A stretch of 64,000 nucleotides of DNA from Candidatus Omnitrophota bacterium. Lineage in GTDB: Bacteria; Omnitrophota; Omnitrophia; Omnitrophales; Aquincolibacteriaceae. The translations under genes were made by a program, and so were the position numbers. The notes below the pieces were generated by a model, which did not search any database, was not told where the DNA came from, and saw only the letters and a list, made by a program, of their open reading frames with translations. Positions within the stretch are counted from its first letter, which is position 1, and every line of letters starts with the position of its first letter. Of the stretch, positions 56,151 through 64,000 are shown piece after piece. The stretch is from assembly GCA_043732705.1 (NCBI GenBank), contig JAYTHE010000002.1, positions 127,608 to 191,607 of the forward strand, read 5' to 3'.

Positions 56151-57203
56151 ATGATCCCGGTTAAAAGTTACGCCGCAAAAAGCCCCAAATCGAATCTCGC
56201 TCCGTATAATTTTAATCGCCGTGATCCCAAAGATCATGACGTCGTAATTGATATTCATTATTGTGGAATTTGTCATTCCGACATTCATCAGGCGCGCGAT
56301 GAATGGGGCGGCTCCAAGTTTCCGATGGTGCCGGGGCATGAAATTGCCGGCGTTGTAACGCGGGTGGGCAAGAAGGTCAAAAAATTTAAAGCGGGAGACA
56401 GGGTGGGCGTGGGCTGCATGGTAAATTCCTGCCGGACTTGTTCGCCCTGCAAAAATGAGATGCAGCAATTTTGTGAGAACGGCCCCAGCTTCACTTACAA
56501 CAGTACAGAACAAAATAAAAAGACCCCGACGCAGGGCGGCTATTCAACGGGCATTGTCGTCGATGAAAATTTTGTTCTGAATATTCCCAAGAATCTTCCG
56601 CTCGATGCGGCGGCGCCTTTGTTATGCGCGGGCATTACGCTTTATTCGCCGCTCAGACATTGGAATGCGGGTCCCGGAAAAAAAGTAGCCATTATCGGTC
56701 TTGGCGGATTAGGACATATGGGCGTCAAAATCGCGCATGCGCTTGGCGCGGAAGTTACGGTATTGAGCCAATCGCTTAAGAAAAAAGCGGATGGAATGCG
56801 CTTAGGCGCGGACCATTTTTACGCGACGTCCGATCCGAAGACATTCACTAAACTCAAAAAACATTTTGATCTCATTATCAATACGGTTTCGGCGGAAATT
56901 AATTGGAATGATTACATTGAACTTGTCAAAATTGACGGCGCGATGGTTTTAGTCGGAGTGCCTGAAAAGGACATTCCGGTTGGGGCCTTTTCTTTGATCG
57001 GCGGACGCAGAAGTTTGGCGGGTTCTTTGATCGGCGGTATTAAAGAAACGCAGGAAATGTTTAATTTTTGCGGTAAACATAAAATTACAAGTGATATTGA
57101 ATTGATTCCGATTCAAAAAGTGAACGAAGCTTACAAGCGCGTTGTTAAAAGCGATGTACGATACCGCTTCGTCATTGATATGGAATCGCTAAAAAAAAGA
57201 TAA
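56151..57203 (+). CDS. zinc-dependent NAD(P)-alcohol dehydrogenase (cinnamyl-ADH/YahK-like)
   Basis: [37 protein letters not shown]. Confidence 0.85.
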   Translation: MIPVKSYAAKSPKSNLAPYNFNRRDPKDHDVVIDIHYCGICHSDIHQARDEWGGSKFPMVPGHEIAGVVTRVGKKVKKFKAGDRVGVGCMVNSCRTCSPCKNEMQQFCENGPSFTYNSTEQNKKTPTQGGYSTGIVVDENFVLNIPKNLPLDAAAPLLCAGITLYSPLRHWNAGPGKKVAIIGLGGLGHMGVKIAHALGAEVTVLSQSLKKKADGMRLGADHFYATSDPKTFTKLKKHFDLIINTVSAEINWNDYIELVKIDGAMVLVGVPEKDIPVGAFSLIGGRRSLAGSLIGGIKETQEMFNFCGKHKITSDIELIPIQKVNEAYKRVVKSDVRYRFVIDMESLKKR

Positions 57204-57340
57204 TTTGCGGCGAGCTTCTGCGTTGCCGCGTCGAAAAAATGCTCAACGCACCTTTGGTGTGCGCCCCGCTTTTTTCTTCGCCTACGCCGTGAATCTCTCG
57301 CAACTTATCATTTTTTAAAAGCGATTTAGAGAGCAGATAT

Positions 57341-57922
57341 ATGAATAAAAACAGGGTAGAGGCTTTCAGTGACGGAGTCTTGGCAGTAATCATCACAATC
57401 ATGGTGTTCGAAATGAAAGCGCCGCATGAACCGACCATCCAGGCTTTGCGTCAGCTTTGGCCTATTTTTTTAAGCTATATCCTCAGTTTTATTTTCATCG
57501 GAATTTATTGGAATAATCACCATCATTTACTGCAAACTGTGCGGGAAGTCAGCGGCCGTATTCTTTGGGCGAATCTTCATCTGCTTTTTTGGCTCTCGCT
57601 GATTCCTTTTGTAACTGCATGGATGGGTGGGAATCATTTCTCCGCGATTCCCGTGGCCTTTTACGGCGTTGTTTTATTTATGGCTGGCGCGGCTTATTTT
57701 AGGTTGAGCCAAGTCTTAATCATGCATCACGGCAAAGATTCCGCTTTGGCGAAAGCTGTGGGCAAAGACGGTAAAGGGAAACTATCGCTTGTGCTTTATG
57801 CAGCCGCAATTGGTTTTGCCTTTTTTTATCCGGGGGTGTCCTGTTTGCTTTACGTGGTTGTAGCGGCGATTTGGCTCGTTCCTGACCGTCGTATTGAAAA
57901 ATTTTTGTCCGAACATGTTTAA
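57341..57922 (+). CDS. TMEM175/DUF1211 family potassium channel
   Basis: RVEAFSDGVLAVIITIMVFE signature at the N-terminus. 6 TM. Confidence 0.7.
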   Translation: MNKNRVEAFSDGVLAVIITIMVFEMKAPHEPTIQALRQLWPIFLSYILSFIFIGIYWNNHHHLLQTVREVSGRILWANLHLLFWLSLIPFVTAWMGGNHFSAIPVAFYGVVLFMAGAAYFRLSQVLIMHHGKDSALAKAVGKDGKGKLSLVLYAAAIGFAFFYPGVSCLLYVVVAAIWLVPDRRIEKFLSEHV

Positions 57923-58580
57923 TAAAAAACCGTTTCTCGTTTTTGTGCTAGCTGTCTTTTTGGCTGTAAACGGTTTTGCCGCGGAGAGGCCTTTCACGAT
58001 TCTTGCGCTTGGTGATTCGACAACCGCAGGCACGCCCGAATTTCGTTCGCCGGTTGAGGCTCCGCCGAAAGGTGAGGGAAATGAGCAAAGCCAATATGCT
58101 TATTGGATGATGAAAATGCATCCCGAATGGACAGTCTTGAACCGGGGATTAAACGGAGAACGCACGGATCAAATTCTAAAACGTTTTCAGAAATATGCGG
58201 AAACCGAAAAGCCGCAAACGGTAATCGTTCTCGCCGGCGTGAATGATCTTTATCAGGGCTATTCAGAGAAAGAAGTTGAAACAAATCTGGAAAAAATTTA
58301 TATGCTGGCGGTAGATAAAAAAATCCGCGTGGTGGCTTGCACGATTTTGCCTTATAACCGCGCGACATCCGCTGTGATGCTAAAAATGCTGCGAGTCAAT
58401 TTATGGATTCAAGAATTTTCTAAAAAAAATCAATTTCTTTTTTGCGATACTTTCAAGGTTGTGAGTAACCCCGAACACTTTGGAAAACTCAGCGGTTCGC
58501 CGGACGGCCTCCATCCGGATGTGGAAGGATATAAAAAGATGGGCGAGGCGATTACGCAAGTTCTTGTCTCAGGGAGTTGA
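57915..58580 (+). CDS. SGNH/GDSL family hydrolase (secreted)
   Basis: Signal peptide, LALGDSTTAG block I, LAGVNDL, DGLHPD block V. 8-nt overlap with the upstream gene. Confidence 0.7.
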   Translation: MFNKKPFLVFVLAVFLAVNGFAAERPFTILALGDSTTAGTPEFRSPVEAPPKGEGNEQSQYAYWMMKMHPEWTVLNRGLNGERTDQILKRFQKYAETEKPQTVIVLAGVNDLYQGYSEKEVETNLEKIYMLAVDKKIRVVACTILPYNRATSAVMLKMLRVNLWIQEFSKKNQFLFCDTFKVVSNPEHFGKLSGSPDGLHPDVEGYKKMGEAITQVLVSGS

Positions 58581-58581
58581 T

Positions 58582-59226
58582 ATGAAGCCGATAGAATGTC
58601 CGCTTTGCTTAATGGTGGCGCCTTTTTTTATTGTGGCGCATGCGCGGCACTTTTACCGCTGCAATTCTTGCAACCTCATTTTTCTGCTCCCTTCCGAACG
58701 GTTGAGTGCGCAGGATGAGCTGGAGCGCTATCAACTCCATCAAAATAATGATCAGGATCCGGGCTATCGGGCTTTTTTGAATCAACTTGCGAAGCCTTTA
58801 ATGGAAAGGCTTTCCGCTCCAAAGGAAGGGCTTGATTACGGCTGCGGCCCCGGACCCACGCTTTCAAAAATGTTTGAAAAGAAGGGTTTTAAAATGTCCG
58901 TTTATGATCCGTATTTTTTTGCTGACGAAGCGCCCTTAAAACAATTTTATGATTTCATTGTCTGCACCGAAACGGTCGAGCATTTTTATTTTCCGGGAAA
59001 AGAATTTGAAAAGCTCAATCAGCTTTTAAAGCCCGGCGGGTGGCTGGGCGTTTTAACGCAATGGGTGCATGAGGAACGAAATTTTAACCAATGGCATTAT
59101 CCCAAAGATCCCACGCATGTTTCTTTTTATAGTCTCGAGACGATGCGTTGGATTGCAAGACAATATGAATGGAATTTGATTATACCGGCTGAGAATGTGA
59201 CGCTTTTCTATAAGTTGAACGTGTAA
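58582..59226 (+). CDS. class I SAM-dependent methyltransferase with N-terminal Cys4 zinc-ribbon
   Basis: CPLC...CNSC, then LDYGCGPG (motif I). Start at ATG 58582, directly after the upstream stop. Confidence 0.6.
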   Translation: MKPIECPLCLMVAPFFIVAHARHFYRCNSCNLIFLLPSERLSAQDELERYQLHQNNDQDPGYRAFLNQLAKPLMERLSAPKEGLDYGCGPGPTLSKMFEKKGFKMSVYDPYFFADEAPLKQFYDFIVCTETVEHFYFPGKEFEKLNQLLKPGGWLGVLTQWVHEERNFNQWHYPKDPTHVSFYSLETMRWIARQYEWNLIIPAENVTLFYKLNV

Positions 59227-59268
59227 TACAATGCTGCCCTGATTTTATAATTCAAGGATGGAGTTTTT

Positions 59269-59517
59269 ATGTTTGGAAGAATGAAAGACATGGCCGCGCA
59301 AATGCAGATGATTCAAAAGCTGATGAAAGATGAAAACTTCAAGACGCTGATTGCTCATCCTAAAATGCAGGAATTAATGAAAGATCCTGAGTTTTTGGAA
59401 GTGATGAAAAATAACGACATTCAAAAGGCTTCGACCAATCCCAAGCTTGCCGCGCTGAAGAGTGATCCGGAATTAGTGCAGTTAATAGCGAAAGTTCAGT
59501 GGCCGAAGGCCAGTTAG
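59269..59517 (+). CDS. small protein with STI1/Hip-type DP motifs
   Basis: 82 aa. MQELMKDPEFLEVMKN..STNPKLAALKSDPELVQLIAKV resembles the tandem DPEV/NPKV helical motifs of Hop/Hip C-termini. Confidence 0.4.
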   Translation: MFGRMKDMAAQMQMIQKLMKDENFKTLIAHPKMQELMKDPEFLEVMKNNDIQKASTNPKLAALKSDPELVQLIAKVQWPKAS

Positions 59518-59593
59518 GTCAAATCTTAAAAGTTAAAGCTCAAAGCCCATTAACGGATTCGAACATTTCGAGATTTGAGCGAAGGCGTGGTCG

Positions 59594-59920
59594 TTAGCGG
59601 CGAAGCAAGATGTTCTCTGGCGAACCATTTTTTGATTTCCAGATTTGCAGAAGGACATAGGAAGCAATCGCCAGATTACCAAGCAGCATGATCAGCACAA
59701 ACCATAAAATCCGCGTCAGCCATTTCGTTTCTTTGTAAAAAACCCAAACATAAAAAGTCAAAAATGCCAGATAAGTATCTACAAGCGTAGCTTGGAACCA
59801 TTTATCAGGCCAAAGATTTGCGCCCGCATGTAAAACACTGCGATCCAGCGATGCGCGGACGGTTGCCCAAAGAATCAACAAAAAGAAAGCAGAGAAAAGA
59901 ATCTGTAAAAAACGTTTCAT
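59594..59920 (-). CDS. small membrane protein (DUF1475-like)
   Basis: 108 aa, 3 TM helices. Confidence 0.4.
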   Translation of the reverse strand: MKRFLQILFSAFFLLILWATVRASLDRSVLHAGANLWPDKWFQATLVDTYLAFLTFYVWVFYKETKWLTRILWFVLIMLLGNLAIASYVLLQIWKSKNGSPENILLRR

Positions 59921-60507
59921 TTATTTTTTTGGCCCGCGATCAGTTTGTCGCGCAATTTTTTGTTGATGGGCAGGCGCGACAGCCAAATGCCAAAAAAAGC
60001 CCGCTGAAAATCTTCACCGGGGATGGTTGCCTGCAACTTACCGTTTAATATGAGTGAAGTTCCCACGCCGGGTTCATAACTCAATTCATAGCGGTCGCCT
60101 TTTTCCACTTTTTGATATGCGTTATCCAATTGGCGCAATCTTTCTTCCAGCGCGGCTGGATTATTATCAGGATTCTTACTGATACGGTCGCGCGAAGCTT
60201 TAATCATCCATTCTTTTTTGATCATCCGGTGATAATGCAGAACCAAACTTTTGGGAACATTGCCAAGAACCATGTCGATGGTAGTTGCTTCGGGCGGGGC
60301 ATAAAGCGCCGCCGTGTAGAGTTCCAACATTAAATATTTTAAGCTGCCCACTCCCTTGATGGGGAGGGCGGTACCGGATACCTTGAGCGTGGGCTCGAAG
60401 CAAACCAAGTCTTTGCAAGGCATGGTCTGCGCGCGTAGAGGAGAAACAATAAAAATCAGAGTTAGAAGAATCGAAAGAAATTTAGAAAAGGAAAGGGTTC
60501 TTTTCAC
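59917..60507 (-). CDS. chalcone-isomerase-like family periplasmic protein
   Basis: Signal peptide. LPIKGVGSLKYLMLELYTAALYAP matches the bacterial CHI-like pattern. Start placed at GTG 60507 downstream of the terminator hairpin of the preceding gene. Track start 60636 overlaps that gene. Confidence 0.5.
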   Translation of the reverse strand: MKRTLSFSKFLSILLTLIFIVSPLRAQTMPCKDLVCFEPTLKVSGTALPIKGVGSLKYLMLELYTAALYAPPEATTIDMVLGNVPKSLVLHYHRMIKKEWMIKASRDRISKNPDNNPAALEERLRQLDNAYQKVEKGDRYELSYEPGVGTSLILNGKLQATIPGEDFQRAFFGIWLSRLPINKKLRDKLIAGQKNK

Positions 60508-60516
60508 GGGTTTTCG

Positions 60517-60546
60517 AAGAAAATGCCCGAAGCCGTTTCCGGCTCC
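60517..60546 (-). terminator. hairpin terminator after the small lipoprotein gene
   Basis: Minus strand atgcccg-gagccg-gaaa-cggctt-cgggcat followed by TTTCTTCG. Confidence 0.45.
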
Positions 60547-60568
60547 GGGCATTGAATAAGTTGAGAAC

Positions 60569-60799
60569 TTACTTGCTGACGTAACGTGCGTTAGAATTCG
60601 AGCTGTATTTCGACGTTGTGTCGGCGGCCGGAGCACTATAGCTTGGCGCGCTTGACTGCATCGGAGCCGAAGTATAAGACGACGAAGTGCCGTAAGAACC
60701 TGCGCCTAAGCCGCAGCTGGGGCAAGGCGGGCATTTACGTGCACAGCCTGAAGCCAAAATTAACGCGCCGATAAAAAGAACACTAAGTTTAAGTTTCAT
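60569..60799 (-). CDS. small Ser-rich lipoprotein
   Basis: Lipobox LASGC. AGGAGG RBS. Cys-Pro motif CPPCPSCG. Confidence 0.55.
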   Translation of the reverse strand: MKLKLSVLFIGALILASGCARKCPPCPSCGLGAGSYGTSSSYTSAPMQSSAPSYSAPAADTTSKYSSNSNARYVSK

Positions 60800-60919
60800 T
60801 TGATCCTCCTAGATGATAAGAACAGGGCGCGTATCTTACCAAAACTTTCGCAATTCGGCTAATATATATAGATGACTAGTGTGCAAACCATTCTTGCGAA
60901 TTGAGCGACAGGGGGAAAC

Positions 60920-61315
60920 ATGGAAAATTTGGGGAAATTAGTTTTACGTCTTTCTATTGGAGGATTGATGCTTTTTCACGGCATTTACAAGTTGATGCAT
61001 GGATTTAGCATGATCGGTGATTTGCTTGTAAAAAATCATTTGCCCCGTGAACTGATGTGGGGCGTTCCGGCGGGCGAAGTTCTGGCTCCCATCATGTTGA
61101 TTGTTGGATGGAAAGCCCGGCCTGTGGCGGCGCTTGTCGCCTTTACGATGGCTATGTCGGTTTATTTGGTGTTTCGTGAAAGCCTTTTCAAGTTAAATCA
61201 GTATGGCGCGTTGGACTATGAAATGAACCTCCTTTATTTTTTTGGCGCGGTTTCGATTATTTTTCTTGGTGCGGGTAAATATTCCGTTTCCGGCGGACAA
61301 GGAAAGCTTGATTAA
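60920..61315 (+). CDS. DoxX family membrane protein
   Basis: LVLRLSIGGLMLFHGIYKL ... 4 TM. Confidence 0.65.
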   Translation: MENLGKLVLRLSIGGLMLFHGIYKLMHGFSMIGDLLVKNHLPRELMWGVPAGEVLAPIMLIVGWKARPVAALVAFTMAMSVYLVFRESLFKLNQYGALDYEMNLLYFFGAVSIIFLGAGKYSVSGGQGKLD

Positions 61316-61322
61316 TCATCCG

Positions 61323-62678
61323 TTGAGAAAAATCATTTGCTGCGCGGTCTTTTTACTTGCCGTTTCTCAGGCTTGGGCGGTTGAAACAGTTTTACAATAT
61401 TCGCTGACGGAAACGCATATACCCTCCGCAGAGCAGGCAGCGAAAAAAGAAAAAGAAATTCATTTGGCTTCAAAAAAAAAGGTAGTTTTGGGAGACGGAT
61501 TCTTTTCCGTGAAGGAAGGACAGCAAGAACGAATCTACGATTTTAAAAAGCGCAAAATTCATTATTTGGACCATCAGAAGAAAACCCGCGCGGAAATTTC
61601 ACTTTTTGCGGATCCCGCGTTTCGAATCAATGAATTTCAACATCGCATAAGCATGGATGAAGTTGTCGAAAAAGCCGGCGGCAAGGCGCTTGAAGATGTT
61701 TTTAGCTTGGAAAGTATTTTTAGCGTAGAAAGCGGAAGTCAAAAAGTGGAATTAAAAGAAGATGTGTCCCAAAAAGGCAAGACAAGATTTCTGAATTTGG
61801 GGCAAGTTGTTTCTGAAATGACGTGGAGTGAAAAATATCCCGCTCCGCAAGGCAGCATGTTCACACGATTTTTAATTTACGATCATTCTCTGCATCCGAT
61901 TATCCTCAGAAAGATTACCGAAAGCCGGAAAATTCCGAGCGTGATTCGAAGCCAGCTTCAAAGCGCGAACGGAACGGATCAGTTTGTGCTTATTTTGGAT
62001 GATTTAAAAACACGTCCCGACCAGGGGTTCCAAATTCCGGGTTATGCCTTCTCAAAAAAGAAACCGGGAACGGGTCCCTTGACGGATTCTTTGTCGCAAT
62101 TAATTCAGTCCGCGCAATCTCCAAAAAATAAGATTTTGAGGCGGGATAAGGAATGGTTTTTAAATTACATGCGTCGGGCTGAAGAGAAGAAAAACTATTT
62201 AGATGCGGCGCTATCCGTGCTTGAATATGGTTTGCAAACGGGTGATCAACAAACAAGCTCGACGGAAATACAAAAACTCGCGGCGTATCAGAAAAGCGAT
62301 GCGGCACTGGACCGCTTTTTCCGGAGTCTGGGAATTGCTGGTCCGGAACAGGCGAAGCGGGCTATTCTTGAGCTCGAAAAAATAAACCGTAAGAAGCTGG
62401 GTCGGGCGCATGTGATTGATATTATGATTGCCAACCAACAAGCTGTTTTGGGCCGGAATGAGGAGGCGCAAAAGCGTATGATCAAGGCGCTTAAGGTTAA
62501 CCCGTATATTGCAGGTGCTTATAAAGATTTGGGTGATATGTTTTATGCGGATTTTGATATGGTTTCGGCATGGCTTTGCTGGGATTTCGCGCGCAAGCAG
62601 GCGCCCGATCATTTTATGCTGAAACCCATTTCCGATTATGAGGCGGACCTTTTAAAAAATTTTCCCTATTTTTTTTGA
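61323..62678 (+). CDS. hypothetical secreted protein with C-terminal TPR-like helical region
   Basis: Signal peptide (M)RKIICCAVFLLAVSQAWA from in-frame TTG 61323. Track start 61242 overlaps the upstream DoxX gene. Confidence 0.45.
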   Translation: MRKIICCAVFLLAVSQAWAVETVLQYSLTETHIPSAEQAAKKEKEIHLASKKKVVLGDGFFSVKEGQQERIYDFKKRKIHYLDHQKKTRAEISLFADPAFRINEFQHRISMDEVVEKAGGKALEDVFSLESIFSVESGSQKVELKEDVSQKGKTRFLNLGQVVSEMTWSEKYPAPQGSMFTRFLIYDHSLHPIILRKITESRKIPSVIRSQLQSANGTDQFVLILDDLKTRPDQGFQIPGYAFSKKKPGTGPLTDSLSQLIQSAQSPKNKILRRDKEWFLNYMRRAEEKKNYLDAALSVLEYGLQTGDQQTSSTEIQKLAAYQKSDAALDRFFRSLGIAGPEQAKRAILELEKINRKKLGRAHVIDIMIANQQAVLGRNEEAQKRMIKALKVNPYIAGAYKDLGDMFYADFDMVSAWLCWDFARKQAPDHFMLKPISDYEADLLKNFPYFF

Positions 62679-62729
62679 TATTTTAAATAAAATTCGAAGG
62701 CCCCTAAAAGGGGCCTTGAGGTTGAGTCT

Positions 62730-63299
62730 GTGACCAGGAAATTTTTGATCATCATTTTAATGCTGGTCCAATTTTGCGGAATTGGAAGGGCGAAAGAAGA
62801 GTCTGCCATCGAGTTATCAGGCAAAGCGGCTTCTTTCGAAAAGGCGCAACGAGTCCTTCAGACCAGCTGCATGCCCTGTCATTCGGCGCAATTGCCACTG
62901 CCTTGGTATGGACGTTTGCCTTTGATTAAACAGAGAATGAAAGAAGATTATTTAAAAGCCATGGAAGGTTTGAATTTGGATTCACAAGTTTATGTCGTTG
63001 GCCAGCCGCCTTCAGGGGGAGCGCTTAATAAAATAGAACAAGCTTTGGAAAAAGGAACCATGCCGCCGCGCCTGTATGTGATGAGTCATTTAAGCTCACG
63101 AATTTCGCAGCAAGAAAAATGGGCAATTTTGAATTGGATCCGCGATGAGCGCGCGAAAACGCAGCTTTCCGTGCCATTGCCTCCGCAGATATTACCGCCC
63201 TCTTCGCCGCCGCAAGAAGCGGAACCTGTTTCCAAGCCAGCCGCAATCCCGGCTGCACCTGCGAAGCATCTCAATCCATTTAAACCTTTTGACTCATGA
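62730..63299 (+). CDS. heme-binding domain protein (single CxxCH), paralogue of 50348-50809, with Pro-rich C-terminal tail
   Basis: CMPCHSAQLPLPWYGRLP ... MPPRLYVMSHL...KWAILNWI. Confidence 0.6.
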   Translation: MTRKFLIIILMLVQFCGIGRAKEESAIELSGKAASFEKAQRVLQTSCMPCHSAQLPLPWYGRLPLIKQRMKEDYLKAMEGLNLDSQVYVVGQPPSGGALNKIEQALEKGTMPPRLYVMSHLSSRISQQEKWAILNWIRDERAKTQLSVPLPPQILPPSSPPQEAEPVSKPAAIPAAPAKHLNPFKPFDS

Positions 63300-64000
63300 G
63301 CGCTTTAAAAAAGATCATTGAAAAAATCGGGCAATTCTTTGTGATTCCGCGGCTTGCTCTCATTTTGACTTTGGGCTCATGTCTTTGCTTTATTTTTGGA
63401 ATGATTTCGCCGTATTTTTTGCCTTTCATCGCGTTTATTCCCGAGCGCATTTTAGCGGGAGAGTTTTGGCGCGCGTTATCATTTATTTTTTATCCTTTCG
63501 ATCTGCACCCGTTTTTTGCGTTTTTCACTTACTATCTTTTTTTTCTGATGGGTTCGGCGCTTGAGCAAAAATGGGGCGCAGGTAAATTCAACCTCTTTAT
63601 TTTTATCGGGTATCTTGGAACGATGGGCGCGGCTTTTTTGACACCTTCCGCAGTTGCGACAAATTATTATATTTACCTTTCTGTTTATTTGGCTTTTGCC
63701 GCACTTTATCCCGACTTTGAACTTTATTTATTTTTTGTCGTTCCGGTTAAAATTAAATGGCTGGCCTGGATGGTCGCGGGATTGACCGTGCTTGATTTTA
63801 TCGGCTCCGGGTGGGCGGGGCGTTTTGCAATTCTTGTGTCCGCAGTTAATTTCCTTATTTTTTTCGGTCCTGGATTTTTCAAAAATACGCGTGACCGCGT
63901 CCAAACCCTTCAGGTCGAGATCCGCACTTCTCAGGAAGAAGCCAAGCCCTTCCATGCCTGCGCTGTTTGCGGAATCACCGAAAAAACAAACCCGGCCGCA
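63296..64000 (+). CDS. polytopic membrane protein, rhomboid-like, with C-terminal CxxC zinc-ribbon start (partial, runs off window end)
   Basis: Open frame from ATG 63296 to the window end. Not in the ORF track because no stop. LMGSALEQKWGAGKF resembles rhomboid TM2/L1. Ends ..HACAVCGITEK. Confidence 0.4.
   Translation, partial: MSALKKIIEKIGQFFVIPRLALILTLGSCLCFIFGMISPYFLPFIAFIPERILAGEFWRALSFIFYPFDLHPFFAFFTYYLFFLMGSALEQKWGAGKFNLFIFIGYLGTMGAAFLTPSAVATNYYIYLSVYLAFAALYPDFELYLFFVVPVKIKWLAWMVAGLTVLDFIGSGWAGRFAILVSAVNFLIFFGPGFFKNTRDRVQTLQVEIRTSQEEAKPFHACAVCGITEKTNPAA

Noticed and set aside
59545-59575. ggattcgaac string resembling the reverse complement of a tRNA T-arm
   Set aside because: Flanking 5-nt segments do not pair (aacgg vs cattt). 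No acceptor stem. Likely part of a convergent-gene terminator hairpin (gctcaaa..tttgagc).
1-64000. CRISPR arrays, rRNA genes, IS elements or transposases, integrons, toxin-antitoxin pairs, reverse transcriptases
   Set aside because: The window was scanned for direct-repeat/spacer periodicity, transposase DDE motifs and RT YxDD motifs. None were found.

Overview
64-kb chromosomal window from a Gram-negative (diderm) bacterium of uncertain lineage, with moderate GC. No rRNA, CRISPR array or transposase was seen.

The + strand begins with dprA, an RDD protein, a ThiS-like carrier and a XerC/D recombinase. These are followed by a long lipid-A/LPS-core locus: waaA, lpxK, an LpxL-like acyltransferase fused to an ELM1/GtrOC1-like domain, a GT4-GT9 fusion, and four more GT9 heptosyltransferases in tandem. 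Two LPS-locus junctions carry copies of a ~100-bp inverted-repeat element containing a decoy ATG.

A tRNA-Leu(CAG) is absent from the ORF track and lies at 15423-15504. After it come a SIMPL protein, hemW, an FMN reductase, pepN and two alpha/beta hydrolases.

The minus strand carries a complete caa3 cytochrome oxidase operon (coxBACD plus SCO1) joined to an alternative complex III operon (actABCDEF). tatA is divergent from it and metH lies downstream.

The rest of the window looks accessory-like. It holds a GGDEF membrane protein, a metzincin protease with three near-identical C-terminal repeats, and eukaryote-like domain proteins (SYLF, SET, TMEM175, an STI1/Hip-like DP-motif peptide, CHI-like). 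It also holds two paralogous single-haem CxxCH proteins, an orphan receiver domain, and an ArsR/SDR divergent pair.

Several small palindromic intergenic repeat families were found, along with a ~500-bp ORF-free region of strong hairpins next to a very acidic 80-aa protein.

Many ORF-track starts are TTG or GTG extensions. Corrected starts are given where an RBS, a signal peptide or repeat context supports them.
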